DNA from: Leptogorgia sarmentosa
Taxonomy: Eukaryota
Direction of reading: 5' to 3'
Length of the DNA stretch: 64,000 nt
NCBI GenBank assembly: GCA_964658305.1
Contig: OZ210884.1
Span: 1,302,001-1,366,000, forward strand
In this document: positions 40,001 through 55,000 of the stretch, in pieces
Layout: the number at the start of each line of letters is the position of its first letter
Position numbering within the stretch: position 1 is the stretch's first letter
The notes under the pieces: generated by a model
Database searches by the model: none
Seen by the model: only the letters and a program-made list of their open reading frames with translations
Told to the model about the DNA's origin: nothing
Made by a program: the position numbers and the translations under genes

Positions 40001-43000
40001 GCATGCAACAATTTTTTCTGTTCGCGCAGGCTAGGCACTATTGTATTCATTCAAGCGATGTGTGTGTGTCCCCCATTGTGAAATAACGAAGTCCGAAGTA
40101 CGACCGAAAATATGACGGTCTTTTGTTATTGATATCGCAATGAATCGTCGGCTGCTGGGCACACAATTTTCTTTACATCGCGCAAGCGATATTATTTAAA
40201 TTATTATTGCCTATAGTTGTTTAATCGTATTTACTGAGCCTTTCGAATGTTTTACCTGCTTTAAGTAATTATTTTTAAAGTGTTTTTTAAAGCTCTAAAT
40301 TTATAGTTTCTGAGCTTTTCGACTTAATTTTTATTTTAAATTTTGTTTAGCTATACATTCCAGTTTGTAGCTAATTTTTAGTGGCAGTTATATATCAATG
40401 GCGTATACTAAACTATTAGTCAACTCGGCCTCGTTGTCTAATTGTTAATTAATATGATTTACACTTCTATAATTAGATATTGTTCTATAATGAAGTCGCT
40501 GCAAGTTGTCAAACAAAACAATTCCCTTGCTTGTAATTATTTGTTCCAGTAAATATTTATCATAACATCAAATTCTACAAAGACCAATGACCTGCAACTA
40601 GACTCAATAAAATTCAAAGTAATATCTCATCAATAAATGACTACATTGTTAGACATGCTCTTGACAAAGATGTCTGTGTTAACGTATACTGAGTGGAATT
40701 TCTATAGCGTAATATTTAGTGAAGCAATGAATTGGCAGTCAGAAAAATTTTAAAAAAAACACTCTTGTCGTTAGATATAACTTGACATCATTATTTTTTG
40801 TACTATTGCTATTTAACAATTATAGGTTACGAGCTAGAGATTTCTATGCGGTGATAGTTGATGAGGGCGAAGCCCGAATCAACTATCATCTCGTAGAAAT
40901 CGAGAGCGAGTAATCTAATTGTTTTAGTAGAATCAGAGATCAAACATGAAAATATTGCAAAAAATAATTTAAAAACGCGTCTCAGAAGACATTTTCTTGA
41001 ACGAAAATTCACATATTTTGCTACTCGCTATCTATCGAGGAATAGATATCGAGTAGAGTAGACAATCAAATTGCAGCATTTGCAATAGTATACGAGTATG
41101 ATTCTACTATAACAATCATTAGCTTGGTTTTCAATGACAAATTTAAAATTTGCAGAATATTATTTGCCGCCGTATGTTATTAAACTTAAATTTGGTGTAA
41201 AATTTGACTTATATTTCTATAAACGTCTTGAAATGTTTGAAACTATATTTTTATCCCAATATTCGCTCGTATTCTTTTCTATGAAAAGTTTGTTATAGGA
41301 TTTTGAAATAATAAGAAACGGTCTTGCATTAACAAACCGTAAACTTCCTGGAATTGAACAATGTACAGATTGAATCCGGTCACGCTGGTCATTCATATGA
41401 AAACCCAATAATATAGTGCTAACAATATATTAAACAATTATTGAATGAGATCGAGTAGGATATGTTGGATTATTAGGTCAGAGGTTTGCAATTGTGTTAT
41501 TTGCAAAGCCGAAGGCTGAGGTCAACTTAAAGAGCATTATAAATCAAGCCCAATATTTTAGATTTCAATATTCCAATCAAATTGATCGAAAAAAAGGTAT
41601 CGGAAGTAAACTAGTGACAGTTTTTTGTACCTTAATTCCCAGCGTCTTCGCATCTGAAGTGGAGCTAAATCATCTTCCTCCTCTAGCGCAGATGATTCTT
41701 CGAGACCCAAGTTATTGTCACTCATTGATCTGGTGGCAAAATCCTACAACACGAGAAATATTATCCATACTATACACATGATATTGTATCTGAAGCGTAT
41801 TTAAAAATATTTCAAGTTAATTAACAAAATAATATGTTGCAAGCGCATATCGGGAATAACACGTTTCTTTGATGACAAGTGCAAACTCGCATGTCCTCGG
41901 GCGTTGTTTTGTAAGATGATAGTCTTAAGTTTCTTCTTTATGGGTATGCGCCGTAACAGCATGCTTGGCCAATAAAACGCCCCCCGTATGTCAATTAGTT
42001 ACAAGCCAATAGGCCAGCATATACAGGGTGTTCCCAAAAAAGTGACAATATAAAATTATCCAATTATTGTAATGTCTGAGCACCATGCTAATCCTATTGG
42101 TGCGAATGGAATGATAACCTTTATTACCAAAAAAGTCAAATCACGAGTAAATCGCACGATCAGTAATATAGCGTAAATATAGTGGTGATATTTATGACAA
42201 CTCCCTTCATAACAAAAAATCGACGTAACGATCGAAGCAAGCCGAATGACTTCACAAATATAAGTTATTTTAGAGCTGACGGTAAGACAAAGATATACAA
42301 TTTTGATTTTCTTTCATTTTAATTATAATTGAGATTTACTTTCAATGTTTTGCTTCCAGTGTATAAAAATACAGTAATTAAAAGACAAAAACTAAAGGCT
42401 TTTTAAATTTTATTGCTATAAATAAACGTCATAATTATTTGGCGAGCAATAAGATATATCAAAGTTATATCCCTTTTTTTTCTTTATAGCTACACCCTGT
42501 ATTATGAATCACATGCATGTTATTCAGGCTTTTGTTATTGAGTATTACGACTTACGCGCGAGCCTACCGACCGTCCCCAAAAAGCAAAAAAAAATAATAA
42601 TATCTTTAAAAAACCAAACAAAAGAGCGTAACATGTCAATTGTCCTCCCTGTGCCTACTTTCAAAATACCACGTTTTAATTCACTAGTTACAATCCGTAG
42701 TTATAGTTTAATTGGAAACTACACTCACAAACATTGTCAACTATAGACAAGGTCTCCATCCAGATATTAAAACACAGTTAAAAGATTCAGGACGTCTTTT
42801 AACGTGGATAGCAATCAAAACCAGTACAAAATGGTAATTAGTTCAACTGGTTTTCAAATAATATAATGATATACAAAGTTCATAATTAAGCAAGTCACAT
42901 AAAATTATAGGTATTGTTGATGGGACTATCCATGCATGTATGTGTCAACTGGGCCATGTCATAAAATATCGATATAAATACCTGCGCATGCGTGAACGGA

Positions 43001-46000
43001 AAGAACTAACCACTGTTTATTGATCTCATGATCAATATTTGATTTAAAATCAACGCTATGTTTCAATTTAAATACACCTTTAAAACTTTCATTCCAAATA
43101 ATTCTGTTAAATACGTCAAGGAGTAAATAATTTGTTATCTCTCGATGCCTGACGGTTTAAAAAACATACTTTGTTGTTGTTGCATAGTGAGATACTTACA
43201 CGAGACATCTGAATCATGAAACGAACTGTGAATGTTCTGAATCCTTGAAGAAGATCACCGACCAACGATGGATTACAGAAAACGCTGTCCTCGAAGTCAC
43301 GAAGCTGGACGTTCAGAAAGTTTACAAAGTGATGAAGTTCAGCCCAAGATGGATCACGGATCCCACAATATCTGAAAGTTAATTTGCGAGAATTTCAACG
43401 AGCAGCGTTGCATTTTACAACACCGAAATTTTGCTTGGATTCAATGAAATAGTGGGCATTCCAATATATAATAGCTATATACTGTAAATACCAACAGGAC
43501 CTAGATTTTAGGTTATATTTCATGCACAAGCAAACCATTTTGTGCATCAAACTGCGAAGCGAAGTAGAAATTATTCTTACTGGATGATAATCTTTAAAGC
43601 ATAATCTGGGTCAGCAACGGAAGCCCGAGGTTCGTAATTGAACGAAAACTGATCAAAGTTCGATCCTGCTGCAAACTCCGAGAGATACTGAAATGTTCGT
43701 TGGTATTCTTCACTTTGGAACTTCTCCATGTCAAATCCTGTGTCACCTGATAAAAATAATGTGTAAAACCAAATTTTTCCATCAAATGCGTAAAAAACGT
43801 GTAACTGAAAAGCAGCCTTGAATGAAGTTTGTTATTGGGTCGTGTAATATTGTAACAATACTGTAACAAAGCAGAAAACGGGCGCCTTTTTTAGTATTAT
43901 CAAAGACAGTTTTGCATCCCTTTTCTCGGTACTGCCACTGTCTTTACTTGCACTGTCTTTATTTGCCAATAATTTTGACAGGTTGTTTTCATCCGATGAA
44001 GCTATTTTACTATCAGCAACTTTTTTATTTTAGTTTCCCGGGCTTTTTGGACTCGAGTTGTTTGCCGCGCTATAGGGGTTTGGCCGCGAGAGAGTGCAAT
44101 AATTGGGGTTTTCTTGCTGCACGTTGGCTCCAATAATTGGACGCTGATGGCGCCATCGGTGGAATTACGTAAGAAATATCGAATATAGAGAATTAGTATA
44201 ATTTCAGTAGTAAATAATGGTTTTAAAGCATTTTTGAGTCCAGATTTTGAATTCACGGACTCGGATTACTCAGATCCAATCCACCTGTTGCAACAGATTA
44301 AATGGATTGTAATCCAATACAGGATTTGGCTAAATAGAACATTTAATCTTGTGAACAGGAAGGCGACTTAGAAAGCTTAAGGCCGAAAATCGTTTTCATT
44401 TCTGCTAATCGATTTTGAGGAAATACTAAAATTGCACACAACACAAAAATGTAGAAAAAAATTGGTTAAGCTTTTTGACAATCAAAATGTATCAATAATT
44501 TGTTTGGCAATGTAAAACTTACGAGTTATAAGCTCCGAGAAAGAAAGAGCGACACATGGCAATTTCCAATCATGTTCATTCACACTTCATCATTACGAAC
44601 AACAGTTAACATTTCTTCAACATTTTAAATTTAGCTCTTTATATCGTGCATGATCCTTTTTGTAAATTTAATGCACTTTCCTCGCCATTCAACCATATAA
44701 GGCTTGTTGTTTTAATGAATTTACCATTATATTAAACATCGCCTATTTACAAAGGAAGTAAATTATATTCATGACGGAAGTGCATGGCACAAATTGAACT
44801 TAATTTACGCAATATTTAGCTTATTTTACTACTGAAATTATACTGAAACAGTTATTCGCCTCTGTCTCGGTGATTATCGGTGAATATTCACCTCGACATC
44901 GGTAAATAATTGTTAATTAGCCGATGATTTTTAACCAAACAGGACGAGTATGCATGTATCAATGTACAACAATAAATACTAAAGTAATTTAACATGAAGA
45001 ATATTTCGAATGATTTTGTTTGGAAACTTTTTACTAGTAAAAATCGTTTTCTTGATTTAATTTAGTTTGAGTTTGAACCTTTCCACACTCTTGCAAAATT
45101 GCTTGACGTACAGTGAATGCTTTGTGAGCAAAATGCAGTTGAAACTTAACTTGAAATAAAAGTTTCTCCTCACCACAAATTAATTCGAAATTATAGCTAA
45201 AATTTCGCAAAATTTCGCCGTTATTACTACTGTGCAATTATAATTCCCGGGTAAAAAATCGTTCAGTAGTAATGATTTTTCCTTGTAAGCTATCTGAATT
45301 TTTCATTAAAAATTTTAGATTACTAGAGGATAGTTATTTTCACTCATGTGATTACCTTATTCATACTTAATTTCGCGCGGACTTAATTGAATTTTTCAAA
45401 GCCATATTTCGCGAGACTTTATTTTCGCGATTTTGATGACCAAAAAAAGAAAAAGGGCATCAGTTTTTCGGGAAATACAGTTTTTCCTGAAAATCATTTA
45501 TCACAGTTATTTAAAATTTAGCTACAACTTTTTAAGGAAGTCAGAAGGACAACAAAAATGTAGGATATGAGGATTTTAGAAACTGATCTTCCAGGGGAAG
45601 CTCTTTCGTATACCGTTGACTATACGCCATTAATATCAGACTGGTTCATTGATGTCGTTACAAATTTGTTAATTGACGAAGTCAGCATTACCTGTTCTGT
45701 TTTGCTGTGTGTCATCCATTGTTTCTCTGGGAGTTAAACAATGTGTTCGAGGAAGAAATTTTAAAAACGAGTACTTGCTTGTTGCAAGTCGTTTTCTTGT
45801 ACTCTGTAAAAATTAAAAAAAAAAAACTATCATCGCCAGTAGCTGTCCGAACAATTATTTTAAAAAGTTGCAACAACGCAGATTACACAACGCAGAAATT
45901 CGAGAAATTATATCGCCATGGTTTTAGAACTGCATCATTTCGACTTGAAATTAATACACATAAACGCTTACCTCATTGTTGTTGGCTTCTGGTGAGCCAT

Positions 46001-49000
46001 CTTCAGTTGTTAATGTTTCAAACGTTTTGTCTGTAGTAATCTCAACGACATACATATCAGTCGGTTTTCTTCTCCAAACATTCCCGCTGCGATCTTTCAC
46101 GGCTCCCAAGATTACAAGTTTAAAGAGGAAATTGTCCAGCCCTTTTACAACCTTATAAAGAAGTTACAAGAGGAAAGATTCGTAGTTACTCTTAGGGATA
46201 GTGATTGGTTTTTACTCGTAAACGTTTTTATTTTTTTGTAAATATTAAAGCAGAGGGCGGAATCCTAGCGTATTCTCAGGGGCGCAAATTTGAGAAAAAT
46301 CTCGGGGTTGTGCCAATACGAGACCGGCTTTTGGTATCTGCGAATGCAGCCTGATATTATGCTATGACCCCGTTATCTGTTAAAGTTACCAATCAGCGAC
46401 GAGCTTTTGCTTACTAACTTAATGCAAGATGGCGGCCGTCAAGGAGTGAAGGCGATGTTTCGATGGCTTTTTTGAAAAAATGTGCAGTGTAATGTTCGAA
46501 TACGACGGTTTAAGCAAACAATCTTGACTTTGCAGGTCCCTGTCAATGTGCAGTTGTAATTTAACAAAGTATTTGAAACGGCAGTGTGTTGTTTGATCGG
46601 AGTTTCGATTTGTCAATTGCTCTCGATGTATTACGCAATATTTGATTGGCACGCAGTTATAAATATACAGAGGGTTCACTCATGGCCATTGAACTAAAAA
46701 ACATGGAATGCTAACTGCGCACCGAAATTGAGGGTGAGATAATCAAATCAAATTATTAATCATATTTCTGCCGAAAGATGTTTTTTTTTTAAAAAAGTTG
46801 GTCTTTTTTAACGAAATTCACAAATACTATGCCTAGTTTCTTTTAGAATTTACACTTATGTTATCTATATATCAATGGTTTGGGGTAACTGTGGCGAATG
46901 TTTAAAAGGCAAACTACAGAAACTCGAAAACCGAGGTACAAGACTGTAAAATTTGGCTTCGGGCAAGTTTAGGGACTTCCTGCGCAGGTAGCATTCATAA
47001 TTATATTTTAGTTCAATGCAGTTTAGTTCCTAGCACGCTATATAAAAACTGGACACATTCTGTTAAAGTAGCACCGCAATTATCACCATATAGCCCAATG
47101 CACTTCGTCAGTAGTGCAAACAAAGCATCAGTATTAGTGTAGGCCGTTCCGAAGCTGAACATGTGAAATTTAATGTTGTGATACGAACGTGTAAGCAATT
47201 AAAAACGTTCTCAATCGTGAGGAACAGGCAAATCTCACGACGCACCAACATGGCGACGAGCGAGAAAATTTTGCACATTTATAATTACGACCTCTATATC
47301 CCCGGAACTGCCATCTCACAGTCTAACTTACATGTACGATTCAACGATAGAGAAAAAAGAAACTTTTGTTTAATATATAGTTCGTCAAATTTCCATTTTT
47401 TCAATGACTCGAGACTGAACTATGGGACCGACTTTTTCACAATTTAATTAAAGCGTGGACTGACTTTCTGCGATTTTCGTAAAATTGGGGGGTCACCCCC
47501 CCTCACCTCTACCCCCTATTTGTGCCCCTGCGTATTCTGCAATCTGAATGACTGCACCAGCAGGCGGAATTTTACGATATTTGACTTACGGAATTTTTAG
47601 AGGCTTCTTACATTTTAAGAACGGAAAATGATAAACTCATCATAGAGTAAGCATTAAAAGTCGAAAAATTGGTTATTTCAATCGTTCGACACCATGTAGC
47701 TATACGGGAATTTCACATGCATGCAATAATTACGTAAAATTGAGAACAGATCCAATGAAACAATTTACGCTACTAACCGATTGAGACATGTCCAGATGAA
47801 AAATTCTTGAAACAGGAACATCTTTTTTCACAGCATGAGAAAGAAGAGAACGTGTGACACGACCACAATCCACAGAAATTCCATGTACAGGAATAGTTGG
47901 ACTTAAAGACGACACCAAATCGTCGCGAAGTATTTTGTTGTTGGTAAGATTAGTCACTTGGTCTGCCAAATGTTTTACTATCAAACTTTTCCCCATACCA
48001 GCTCTGGACGATTGGATTACACGAACAGATAGCCTTGAAAAACAACAAACAATGCAAAATAGTTGTGGACAAGCTAAGCACAATTTTTAATTTACATACA
48101 AATGGATACAGGTTTGAATTTCACCCTGTGAAATGTTAATAATTTAAACTGCATGTCCGTGCAAGAAGGTACCAAACAATAGCCTATTTAGTCATGCTAT
48201 ATAATTGGAGATCGTTATCATCATTTATTTCTTTAGAATTTATTGTTTTTGTGGTCTATAAACACAATAATATTTGCATAGCAGAACGGAAATTTTGGAA
48301 TGGCATTTCCTGCACTGTATCAAAGTACTTACTTTCCCACGTCAACAGAAGCTGCCGGTTCCCATTTAGTATCACCCACGAGTGTTGCATCTGAAGCTAA
48401 CAGGTGCATTTTCAAATGATTCTGAATTACCCTTATTGATGTTACTGGTAAAAACGGGCGACGAAACTGGTCCAAGGACGCCACCATGTTTGACTTGTCT
48501 TCATTTTCAATGCTACAAATCACGACTATGTGATATCCTAAGAGAAAGTAGGAATAATCAGTGGAAACTTATTAAAATCATGTTTCTATAAAGCAAGCAC
48601 ACCACGGGGGGGGGGGGGTGGGGGGGGGGGTGGTGGAGGGGAGGGGGTAATCTACTACTACCTGCAGATCGTGGGTCTATTGAAGTAACATTTCTGGTGT
48701 AGAAATTCTACTACAGTACTACAGTAAGGTCAATTTGAAAAGACGTAATTTCAGGTAGCTCCCTATGGTTTTTGCATCGTAGTAATGCCGTAATACTCCA
48801 TACTTCTATATTCGTAGAATTATAAGAAAATTGACATTTTACTTGTACCAACATTTGAAAATAATACATAATGTTAACTTACTGGCCTTTCCTTGTGTCA
48901 GTATTTCTAAAGAACGGACAGCTTGTTGGCTGACGTCATAGTCCAGTAGATCAGCGTTAACCAGACAAAACAACAGACCACGTTCGTCAACAACTGCGCG

Positions 49001-52000
49001 TCGCCAAAGTAGTTCTACCTGAATACATAATTGTGATGATAAATTGTGATGATGTGCAGTTGTAATTTAACAAAGCATTTGAAACGGCAGCGTGCTGTTT
49101 TATCGGCGTTTCGACTTGTAAATTGCTCTCGATCTATTGCGCAACATGAAATGCGTACAGAGCACTGTAGATGGCCCACTCATGAACGGTTTTGTCACAG
49201 CACGCTATATAAAAACTGGATACATTCTGTATGGTTTTGTTGTTCCTGTTCGCAGGTTAAATCTAATCATATTCAATTAGATGGCGGTTCAAAATTGAAA
49301 TAAGGCCAAAACTATATAATTAAATAATTTGATGGCATTTACTTGTGATATTAGGTAATCTCACGATATTCATTATAAAGCCATAGTTTTATGCATATTG
49401 GAGGCACAAAGAAAGTTTTTTTTGCAAGGAGTTTCCTCGTATTTTTCACGAAAGAGTCGAAGGAGGAAGGTGAGAAATGCTGTATAATAATATGAGAACA
49501 GTCAACACTAACTAAACATCGCATATTTGATAAGACAGCTTGCTAATTTAGGACATCTGTTTGAGTATAGTTCTAGGTTTTAATGTTTTGTGCGTTAGGC
49601 TGTTAGCTTTGGGGTTCGATTAGTTTCATATTTAGGGTTAGCTTTAGTTTAGGTTCATTTATTGCTTGCAAACCAATACTTTAGTGATAGATTTAGGGGC
49701 AACCTGGACTTTTTAGCATGTCCGATTGCGCTTTCCGACGACTCATCCGTCAGTTCTGCTTCACCATTCGCAGATACATGTGCGCTTTGCGAACCTATTT
49801 TTTAAATATGTATGGGACCAAAATCTGCATGACGGCCTAAATTAGACTTTCAATAATAAGAAAATCCACCTCTTCAGCCGTAGTATTTTCGTCACAGACA
49901 ATCACTTCCTCATCAGTTGGTAAAGGTTGATCTCCAGTTCCCATGAAGAGGGACAAAACACAACCAAACACTTCGCCTGAAACAAATTTGTAAGCTGTAG
50001 CAAGAGAATCAACCATTATATTATTTATAATGGTAATTGTACTGAGTGGTATGAATTAAGTATGAAATCAAACGCGTGATTACAAATTATATTCATTTTG
50101 AAATCTAAAACAGTCTTGCAAAGCGGAAGCGTTGCAAAAGACACACCTCCGTATGCTCCTTCTGAATGTTATAGCATAGCAAAATGAACTTTGTGAAAGT
50201 ATTGTATTTCATACGTGTCAAATGAAAGTAGAAAGAAACGATAGATAAAGATCAAAGACCAACACAAGTAAGTTTAAATGTATTATAGGTTTTTGAGTTA
50301 TTTGGTGCGGTTTCGTGCTTTTAAACATGGATATATAAATGAAGCGACGAACTTAAATTGTTTATTGCTAAGTTGATGCTTGCATGCCATTTTGTTGTTC
50401 CTTCAGTCGCATTGTCTGCATGTTTATACCAAATTTTCTTCCTAAATTCGCTAGTTATTGTTTGTGAAATATTATGCTTGTGCAATATTGCTTGATAGTT
50501 TATCTTTCTTTATCTGCTCTTTATAAGCACATATATCGTTCAAACAATTGAACCTGGGCGGCTGTTTCAGCGCCATACAGCCAACAGGATTGGTTACAAA
50601 ATGATGCGATTACAACTCATGCTGACGTGAGCAACGCTCAAAGTAGTGCGATAGATTACACTCGGAATGAAGCGATTTGGGCTGTGATCGCACTATTTTT
50701 AACCAATCAGATTGCTCGAATCGCGCATGATTTCAAAATGAATATAACAATTAACAATTATTTACCGATGTCGAAGTAATTATGTTTTAGTATAATTTTT
50801 AGTATAATCACCTTGACATCGGTAAATAATTGTTAATTATTGCATAGTAACGAAGTACACCAAAATTTCATGGAGCAGCTACGGAAAGTGATAACAACAA
50901 TATTGAAATTTCATCACGTGTTTGTAAAAACGTGATACCAAGTACCAACTTCATAGGTTATAAGTGTGGTGAGTGCATAAACAGTGTAAGGCATGCACTG
51001 AAAACGCAGGTTTTAGCTGACGCGACATCCGTGTGACGCTTCAAATACAATTCGGGACATTTAAAATGTGGATGGAGCTGTCGACTTTTCAAACAGGAGA
51101 AGGGTACAGGAGAAGGTTCAATTCCTACCAAAGGAATTAATTGTCGACTTCTGTTCTCGGAATTTCAGCATGGTATACTCGTACTAAGACCATTTACATA
51201 AGGCAAACAAATATTTTGTTACATACCTTTTGGAACAAGTAATAAGTTTGGTTCACCTTCTTTTAAGACTGATGGTAACTTCCGATTGATGTATTCCTTC
51301 TCTACAGAAACAAATAACATGATCATCAAACACAATTATACCACGAAATCCTCGACGAAATCAATTAGTAAAATTGGATCCCTTGACATTCTATCGCAAT
51401 AAGTCGTGCTTGGTTTCTGCCAAATCCAATTTTATTATGTCTGTTTACAACTTGTGTAAAGTACTGTTAAAATTGGAATTGGGAGAAATCAATGGCGGGA
51501 AATTCTGACATTTGGACGTCTTCGCAATTCACATTATATAGCTTTCACGGTACCATTATTGATTTGTAGAGTAACTTATTAAAAAAATGAGGGCAACCAT
51601 GTCTGAAATTTCTTGTACTGTAATGTTAACCCAGAGACACCATAGATTACTACTTGTTTGTAACACAAAATCAATGCAACTGTTAATCGTTCCGGATGAA
51701 AAAGCACACATGCACCTAACTAAAGATGGAAAAAACCATTTTCAATACATTCCAGGCGCCAGAAATTGTCCACTACAGTACAAAAAGGCCACTATACTTC
51801 AATCAATATTACAGTAATTTACCTAATTTACCTGCCTTCTTCCAGATTTTGAAAAACAAATTTTATGAAATGCGTGGTTTAATTGAATACATATACCTGA
51901 TTTTGAAAGTTCTTTTAAAATGGCTGCTAGAAATTCCAACGTGAGATAGGTATCTTCTTCGTTATTCACGTACAGTTTTTCTGACTTCGGGACAATTTTC

Positions 52001-55000
52001 GGTCTTTCAAATTCCCTACAACAATACAAACAAACAAATATTGCTGCAACATTCTTCGTAAGTAAATAGACATAGTGACCCCGCAAAGTTTGTAGAAATG
52101 TAGAGAATGCATTATTACATCAATTATTTGAAAGCATGCTACTTTTTAGAAATCGAAACTTTCATCAATTGTATACCAGGATGTGTGAAAAAACCACAGG
52201 GACTAACAAGTACTTGAAAGCACTACAATCCAGCCTATGAAAATGGCTAATCTCTGAAATATGTGGACGTAGTAAGTGAGAATTTAGTTTTTAGTAAGTG
52301 CGTTTGGAAAATTAAATTTGAAAAACAGGTTGAATTTGGTCCTGGATGGTGGTAATTTCCCTTCAAAGCGTTTCAAACTTCTTTTGTTTACTTGGAGAAA
52401 CACTTGAATTTGTTATATAGCAATGACGTAATGGTAATTGTGATTTTGCTGATGACTCTAATTAAATGGCGGATAACAAGTGAACAATTCTTGCCATCCC
52501 GAAAACAAAATGGCGGCTTTTAACTTGCAAGTTTATAAATGTTGTTTTTTTTCAACTACAGAATCTAAGAGACAAAAAATACACAGCAGGCAACTGAAAT
52601 GCTGTAGAAACCCTCTAGGCAAGATTTTAAACTTACAATTGCTCACTTTGTATAGTTTTTATCAAAAAATACAATTGTAATTTTTTAATTTTTATTTCGT
52701 CGCTATATAACAAAACACTTAATGCCTGTTCTCTCGGGAAATAATTAACATTGATTCTCTCGAGGAAACAAAACTATTTCTCTCGCGAGCAGAGATTGAG
52801 TGTATAATGTATTCGTCTAATGCCAGTCACTTTCCTCTCACTGTTTACAGGATATTTGCTTAATTACGGAATGGTCTGCACACTTTCTGCAATATTTTCA
52901 CGAGCGGGCAAGATGATAATGCGAGCGGGCAAGATGACTTTCCTGAGCAGGCAAGATGACTTTACATCTCCTACACCACCTGATGTAGGATGCCTGTAGG
53001 AAGCCACCTTTTTTCTGTTTTTAGAAACAGCAACTTTACCTATCATGAGCAGTTGTACTATCCGAAAATTCTTCTTCACCATTTACAGTCTGCCATTCAG
53101 GACCCAAGACTTCTCTCACCAGATCTGACATGCGTGGATTCTTTTTTGCTTTTTCACAGGACGTCTTGACTCCTTCTTCATCGTTTTCATGAGAGACAAC
53201 CCAGGAAATTAGTTCATCTTCCGTTGCACCCCGGCCGCAAACCTGTAATGCAGCTAGTAAATAATCGTCTGTATTTACGTTCATGGACATGTTCTCGAGG
53301 GTTTCTTTTGCCCTCCTAAAACTGTCAATTGAATTCGCCCGTCTCCGCCTGCCTGCCTGAACAGCTATTTCTTCTTTTACATTTTCCTCCGCAATGTCAT
53401 CGTCTTCTTCGTCGTTTGCAAAATATTTCTGTTGATCTTTCATACCTTCTTCCGTCAAAACTATTTTGTTGTCCGGTATCACTGTTCTCAGAACATCAGC
53501 AAGAAGCAAAGCATCAATACTCTTGTTAACAGTTTCTAGCAGGATAAAAGTCTGTAATGGCAGTTCATCTACAGCCACCTCGCCAATGCAAGCATTCGCC
53601 AACTCTTTTCTCAAGTTCAAAATCTGTTTCATTGTAAAATGATTTAAAGGATAACACTCATGCCTTTTAACATTTATAGTTTTCTTCCATTCCTTCAAAT
53701 CGCTTTCCATTGTATCACAGGTTTCATTGATATTCTTCAACATCTCACGTCTACGGCCTACAATTTTACTGCATTGAAATTTTCTTTTCCATGTTAGATA
53801 GTTGATTTCCCCAACCTCACAAAGTTGCACGTATAAATCACTCACTCTGAGTATTCCTTCGAAAACCTGAAACATACAATGTACAAAATTTTGGGAAATA
53901 TGAAAATCTAAAGGTTTTGGAATGTCATCGGAATATCAACGACAAACAACCATACATCTTTGCAAATAACGAAGTTGGTACCAGAAAACCTAGCAAGCTA
54001 ATCAATTCATTTCAATAAATTCCTCCTTTCAGTTGGTTTTTACCCAAATTTGGATTTCTTTCTTTGAAAGATTTTTTAAAATAGTTTTCATCGTACCAAC
54101 AGGAAGAGTTGTGAAAATATCATTATACACTTGACTGTACATTGTTTTATGCCAAATTTAGCCCAGCTCAGTTACATAGGGGGCCTGATTTGGAGCGGGC
54201 TTAATTTTTGCGGGCGCGGAGGAAAAATGAGGGCATGCAACAAAGCCCTGCTTTTTTGACAACACGCCGTTCAGATTCTGAACGGAGAATAGGGGTTATC
54301 TGATTGGTCAATACCAATACCGTGGAAAGCCCGCTTCAAGGCCGTGGAATTTTTCAATTTCGGAATAGTTTCGGCTTTGTATCATGCAGCTTCCAACAGC
54401 AAGGTTAGTGATAATTGCACGTTTTTTTCCTTTGTAGGGTTTCGGGTAATTATGTCCCGCTCGGATGAACCAAAACCACTTTTAGTTAAATGATGAACGC
54501 CCTTCACACGCTTTCGAAGTTCAAACTGCCCATGTTTAATTTATTGGCTAATTTATGTCGTGAATACTCAACGAAAGTCTAGAGGATTATTGTAGAGTTC
54601 GTAAATGTTGCGTTAAACAGCAATATGGCAATTTTAAAAAGATTGCGCACGTTTCGTCGCAAAATCTATTTAAACCATCACAATCGTTAGGAATTGATCG
54701 GTTCGCGCGAATTACAGCGAATAACGAGCGAATTCATTTCTTGCTGCTAGGCGCAGGGTTTTCCCAATCACAGTTTATCGGTTAATTTTAGAAATGATTA
54801 ATTGGGGGCGTCCAGTCATAAAAGCTGGGCTTGACACGCAGGCTATGCCAAGTTTCAAACATCGTTTTGAGTATAGAAGTAACACTGTTTTGTCTGTTTA
54901 TTATTTGCGTTAAAGTCTTTTTTAACAATTAAAACAACTGATGAATGAGTTGAACGGTTCATTGAGTGAACTATATGCCTCTTAAATTTTCAACTTTATT

